From NCBI GenBank assembly GCA_043228905.1, contig JBHGNT010000006.1, positions 14,570,001 through 14,634,000 on the forward strand: a DNA stretch of 64,000 nt, read 5' to 3'. The position numbers were made by a program, and so were the translations under genes. The notes under the pieces are model-generated. The model was not told where the DNA came from. It saw only the letters and a program-made list of their open reading frames with translations, and searched no databases. This stretch comes from Azolla caroliniana (taxonomy: Eukaryota > Plantae > Polypodiophyta). Below are positions 59,623-64,000 of this stretch, piece by piece. How positions within the stretch are numbered: the stretch's first letter is position 1; every line of letters begins with the position of its first letter.

Positions 59623-62600
59623 CGTTGAGCGGCAAGCTCAACTAGAGCTGGATCGGCTGAATAAGCCTGAGCCGGCAAGCGAGACGGATCGGTAAGCTGT
59701 GAGCAACCGAGCCAGCAAGCAACAGAGCCGGTGAGCTGGGGAGCCGGTTAGCCAGATCCAATCAGTAACCGGAAGCCTAGTATTAGCGTAGACTACTAGG
59801 CAATTATAATCTCGTAGTAAGTGTCAGATGCTCGTGTGAGCATTGAAGTACGCGGGACTTCTATCAGTCCCACGAGGACTTGTATAAATAATGATACTGA
59901 GCATAGTTGTTTGTATAGAGTGTTTTTATTGTTTTTGAATATAGCCTTGAGGTTTTGCTCTCTCTATCTCTCCCATGTACTCTGTGTATTCCCTACCTTC
60001 TCTGTTTTCTAACGCTTCCGCAAGTAATCCTTTACATGGTATCAGAGCGCGAGGGTTGAGAACCTCTGCAACCGACAAACTCTTGAAAGCAAACCCTAAC
60101 AGGTCGTAAAACAACAGATAGAGAAGTGATGGATAGAGGGATGGCTAGCTCGCTCCCTGTGGAGAAACTCGAAAGATCCAACTATGCATCTTGGTCGTAT
60201 AAGATGCACAAGTACCTGCTTGGGCATGGCTACTGGAGTTTCGTCGAAGGAGCCAACGAAACAGCACTTAATGCGACACATAAGGACTTCCTAGTGTGGG
60301 AACAATTGAAAGCAGAGTGATGTACTGCTTCACGTCCAGTGTCGGAGACCAGCTGCTGAGCCACATTCGAGACACCAAGATGCCGAAGGAGGCTTGGGGG
60401 AACCTGAAGAAGGGTTTCGCCGTGAGCACTACAGCACGGAAGCTGCAACTCCGACAGGAGTTGAGCAATGTCCGACAGAAGGACATGTCGGTGGCGGATT
60501 ACACGGCCCGGATCAAAGAGATATGTTACTCACTTGCCTCTATCAACGTTATCGTAGAGGAAGACGAGATGGTACAGGTCTGTCTTGGGGGCCTGGCATC
60601 TAAGTTCAGAGCGTTCCGAACGGCGGTGTGTACAAGGGAGAATACGCCGTCATTTTTCGACTTACAGTTGATGCTCCTTGTAGAGGAGAACCACGACGGT
60701 GCGTCACCTAGCGCACCCACTGACAGCCGGATGTTGTACACGAAGGCGGATCGGTCTCGTGGGCGTGGTGGACGAGGTGGGTCAGCATGCAATGGAGGTG
60801 GCTGGCAAGAGCAAGAACGAAGGCATAGAGAACGTGCCGACAACGGTTCCGGGATTCCCACAGGCAGGGGGAGTCATGGCGACACCGGAAGACGCCAAGA
60901 GAAGTCAGCAATGGAATGCTGGTACTGTGGCAAAAAGGGCCACAGAGAAAGCGAGTGCTGGAGAAAACGAGCCGATTCGGACAAATCCGGATCCGGCAAG
61001 GCCGGAAAGGATGGACGGCAAAGCTCGCACTACGGGAAGGGATCGGGAGGATCCAAGAACGGCAACGAGCCTGCCTTGGTGATGAAGCACGAGGCGAACT
61101 CGATGAAGACCACTTCCAAATCGGAGGAAGTGTGGTATGTTGATTCCGGTGCATCGAACCACATGGCGAGCCACAAAGAGTGGTTCTCCTTTTTGGAGAA
61201 ACCGGATCAACCATGAGTAGTCGAAACCGGATCAACCAGGAGTAGTCGAAACCGGAGACGACACTCCTCACCCAATTGTGCACATCGGAGAAGTCCATTT
61301 GAGCCATGTCGGGCAGAAGGGGAAGCTGATGAACGTATTACACGTTCCGATAATAACGAAGAACCTGGTGTCGGTCGGACAGATCGTCGACCAAGGGATG
61401 TAGGTGCGGTTTACGCACCTAAGGTGCTTCATCGAGGAAGAGGGCCATATTATTGCGCAAGGGCGCAGAGACGGGAGGATGTTTATCCTCGACACCAATG
61501 ACGTCGGCACCGCTCTGTTTGCAAAAGGATAGAAGGTCGAATCGGACATCGACCTGTGGCACAAGCGGATAGGCCACGTCAATTACCGGAGGCTTCAAGA
61601 CCTGCAAACGAAACAAGTTGTTTTCGGTTTGTCGAAGTTTAGCGGCCAGAAGGCCCAAGTATGTGAAGCCTGCCAACTCGGGAAGCAACACCGGCTTCCA
61701 TTCCCACCGAATGTAACCAGAGCCATAACAAGCTCGACCTTATCCATTCGGATGTGTGGGGACCGGCACAGAATGTTAGTCTTGGCAGGAGTCGATATTT
61801 CGTCTCCTTCATCGACGACTATATGCGACAGACATGGATCTACCTCATTGAATGGAAGAGTGAAGTCTTCGAGTGTTTCCGGAGTCTCCAAATAATGGTG
61901 GAATGGGAATCGGAGAGGAGGATCAAATGCCTGTGGTCGGATGGTGGAAAAGAGTACTTTCCCGGCCAATTCAACAGTTATCTGCAGCAAAAGGGAATTC
62001 GGCGAGAGTTCTGTTGCAGATACACACCGCAACAGAACGGTGTTGCCGAAAGAAAGAACCGATCGCTTATTGATGCGGCAAGGGCAATGCTAGAGGAGAA
62101 GAGCATGCCCAAATTCTACTGGGTGTAGGAAGTCCGAACAACTGTCTACATCCAAAACCGGATCGGTGACAAGGTGTCAGCCCACAAGCTGTATTTCGGG
62201 CGCAAGCTGAATTTGAGACACCTTAAGATCTTCGGTAGCATTGCATATGTGCATGTACCAGAAGAGAAGCGGATGAAGCTGGATGAAAAATTGGAAAAAT
62301 GCATCCTAATCGGCTATGCTCAAGAGGAGAAGGGTTATAAGTGTTATAACCCCCGAACAAAGTAGGTCTGAGTTAGTCGAGATGTCGAGTTCGATGAATC
62401 GGCATCATGGTACTCCTTACCGGCTCCGACTTCCGAATCCGACCCAATGCCGATGGATGAGGCTAGTGAGCCTGAACCGGCCCAGGTAGAGGATGATGAA
62501 GCGTGGACTCAGGATGAGAGTCCGGAATCGTTCCGGTTGAGCTGGCCAAACGAGAGACTGAGTCAATTTGACTAGTCCGATGAGGAATCGACGAGTAGTA

Positions 62601-64000
62601 GAGAGACTCTGTCGTGCACTCCCTGTGCAAGGAACCGAGGCGACAGTTCATGCGCAAAGAGAAGGGGAAGAAGAAAATGCCGGAATTCAAAACCGGCAAC
62701 GATGAGTCAGATCAGTGTGCATCCGACTCTGGCAAGGAGAAAGGCAAATCTTCGGCAACGAAGACCGAACCGGCAAAGAAGGGCCTCAAACCGGGTAAGA
62801 GTGAGTTACGTCGGTCCACCCGCCAGAAGGATCCCGTCAAGCGGTACGGGTACAATGAGTACATGGCGCATCACTATGCGTACATGACTAAGGTGGCGGA
62901 AGTGGGTGAGCCGGAGAGCTACGCAGAAGCGACCAAGGACACCAATTGGCATGCCTCTATGGAGGAAGAAATGCGGGCACTTGATGTCAACAAGACATGG
63001 GACCTGGTTGACCCTCCTTCTCACTGTAAACCGATCGGATGCAAGTGGATATACAAGGTAAAGTACAATGCCGACGGTTTTGTTAACCGGTATAAAGCCT
63101 GGTTAGTGGCGAAGGGATACGCGCAGACCCACGGAATCGACTACGACGAGACCTTCGCTCCAGTAGCGAAGATGACGACGGTTCGTGTGGTGCTGTTGGT
63201 TGCTGTAGCAAGGGGGTGGCATATTCACCAGATGGATGTGAAGAATGCGTTTCTTCAGGGTGATCTTGAAGAAGAAGTTTTTATGACTCAGCCCCCCAGC
63301 TTTCAATCGGAGATGAACAAGTCAGCAGTATGCCGGCTGAAGAAGTCATTGTACGGCCTGAAGCAAGCCCCTCGACCTTGGAATGTGAAGATCACGCACC
63401 GGTTGCGTAAGATGGGGTTTGTGGCCTCCAAATCCGACTCTTCTTTGTTCATCCGGCAAGGCTTAGCCGGCCCGGTATGTATACTGTTGTATGTTGATGA
63501 TCTAGTCATCACCGGACCGGGTGTTCCAGAAATCAACCGCGTCAAGTCCCTGTTGTCGGACGCATTTGAGATGAAGGACTTGGGGGACCTTCATTATTTT
63601 CTTAGGATCGAGGTGATCCGAACCCCTGACTTCATATTACTCTCACAACAACATTACGTCTTGAATATGTTGTACAAGTTCGGCATGACAGAATGCCGAC
63701 CTGTCTCCACACCCTTGGACCGGAACCAGAAGCTCCGTCCCAACTCCGGTATGGCCTGCAACGAGAAATGGTTCCGACAACTTGTCAGAAGCCTTATTTA
63801 CCTTACTATCACACGCCCTGACATAAGCTATCCGGTCGGGATGATAAGTCAGTTCATGCAGAAGCCGACCGTGGAGCACCTTCAGTGCGCACAACGGATA
63901 TTGCGATATGTAAGCGGCACGAAGGACCGGGTATTGTTATACCAGCGAGGTATAATCGAAGAGCTCGTCGGTTGCACGGATGTTGACTAGGCCGGCGATG
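59623..64000 (+). mobile_element. Ty1/Copia element G (same family as C), degenerate, runs off the window
   Basis: LTR 59623-60036; PBS TGGTATCAGAGC at 60037; gag CWYCGKKGHRESEC, WYVDSGASNHM, integrase and RT (62614..63990) with several stops. Confidence 0.95.

Noticed and set aside
1-64000. The many short ORFs antisense to or overlapping gag-pol and LTRs
   Set aside because: Shadow frames of retrotransposon sequence with no independent motifs

Overview
The window is eukaryotic, most likely plant, repeat-rich DNA (non-seed plant such as a fern is a low-confidence guess). I see no intact host gene and no RNA gene. About 51 kb is a five-level nest of transposons resolved by LTR pairs and target-site duplications (TSDs). 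An old Copia (578-~52793, -) carries a chromovirus Gypsy (742-51461, -). That carries an Athila/Phygy-like Gypsy (1902-40173, +), a Copia (46024-50989, -) and a probable solo LTR. The Athila-like element carries a Copia (9703-33179, -) and an intact Copia with apparently identical LTRs (34199-39636, +). The 9703-33179 Copia carries a very young chromovirus (25044-32059, -) and a 10.6-kb Sola2-like DNA transposon (12030-22652). Three observations stand out. (1) The Athila-like element has no polypurine tract; an inverted copy of its tRNA primer-binding site sits 2 nt before the 3' LTR. (2) The Sola2-like element carries accessory genes (RING-H2; FCP1/NIF-like pseudo-phosphatase), and its introns and subtermini are loaded with one palindrome, TAGCTAATTAGCTA, plus a telo-box array. 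(3) Two degenerate, intron-containing copies of a bacterial-type beta-class N6/N4 DNA methyltransferase lie at 52.8-57.3 kb, one downstream of a ParB-like domain. All family calls come from motif recognition by eye, not database searches.
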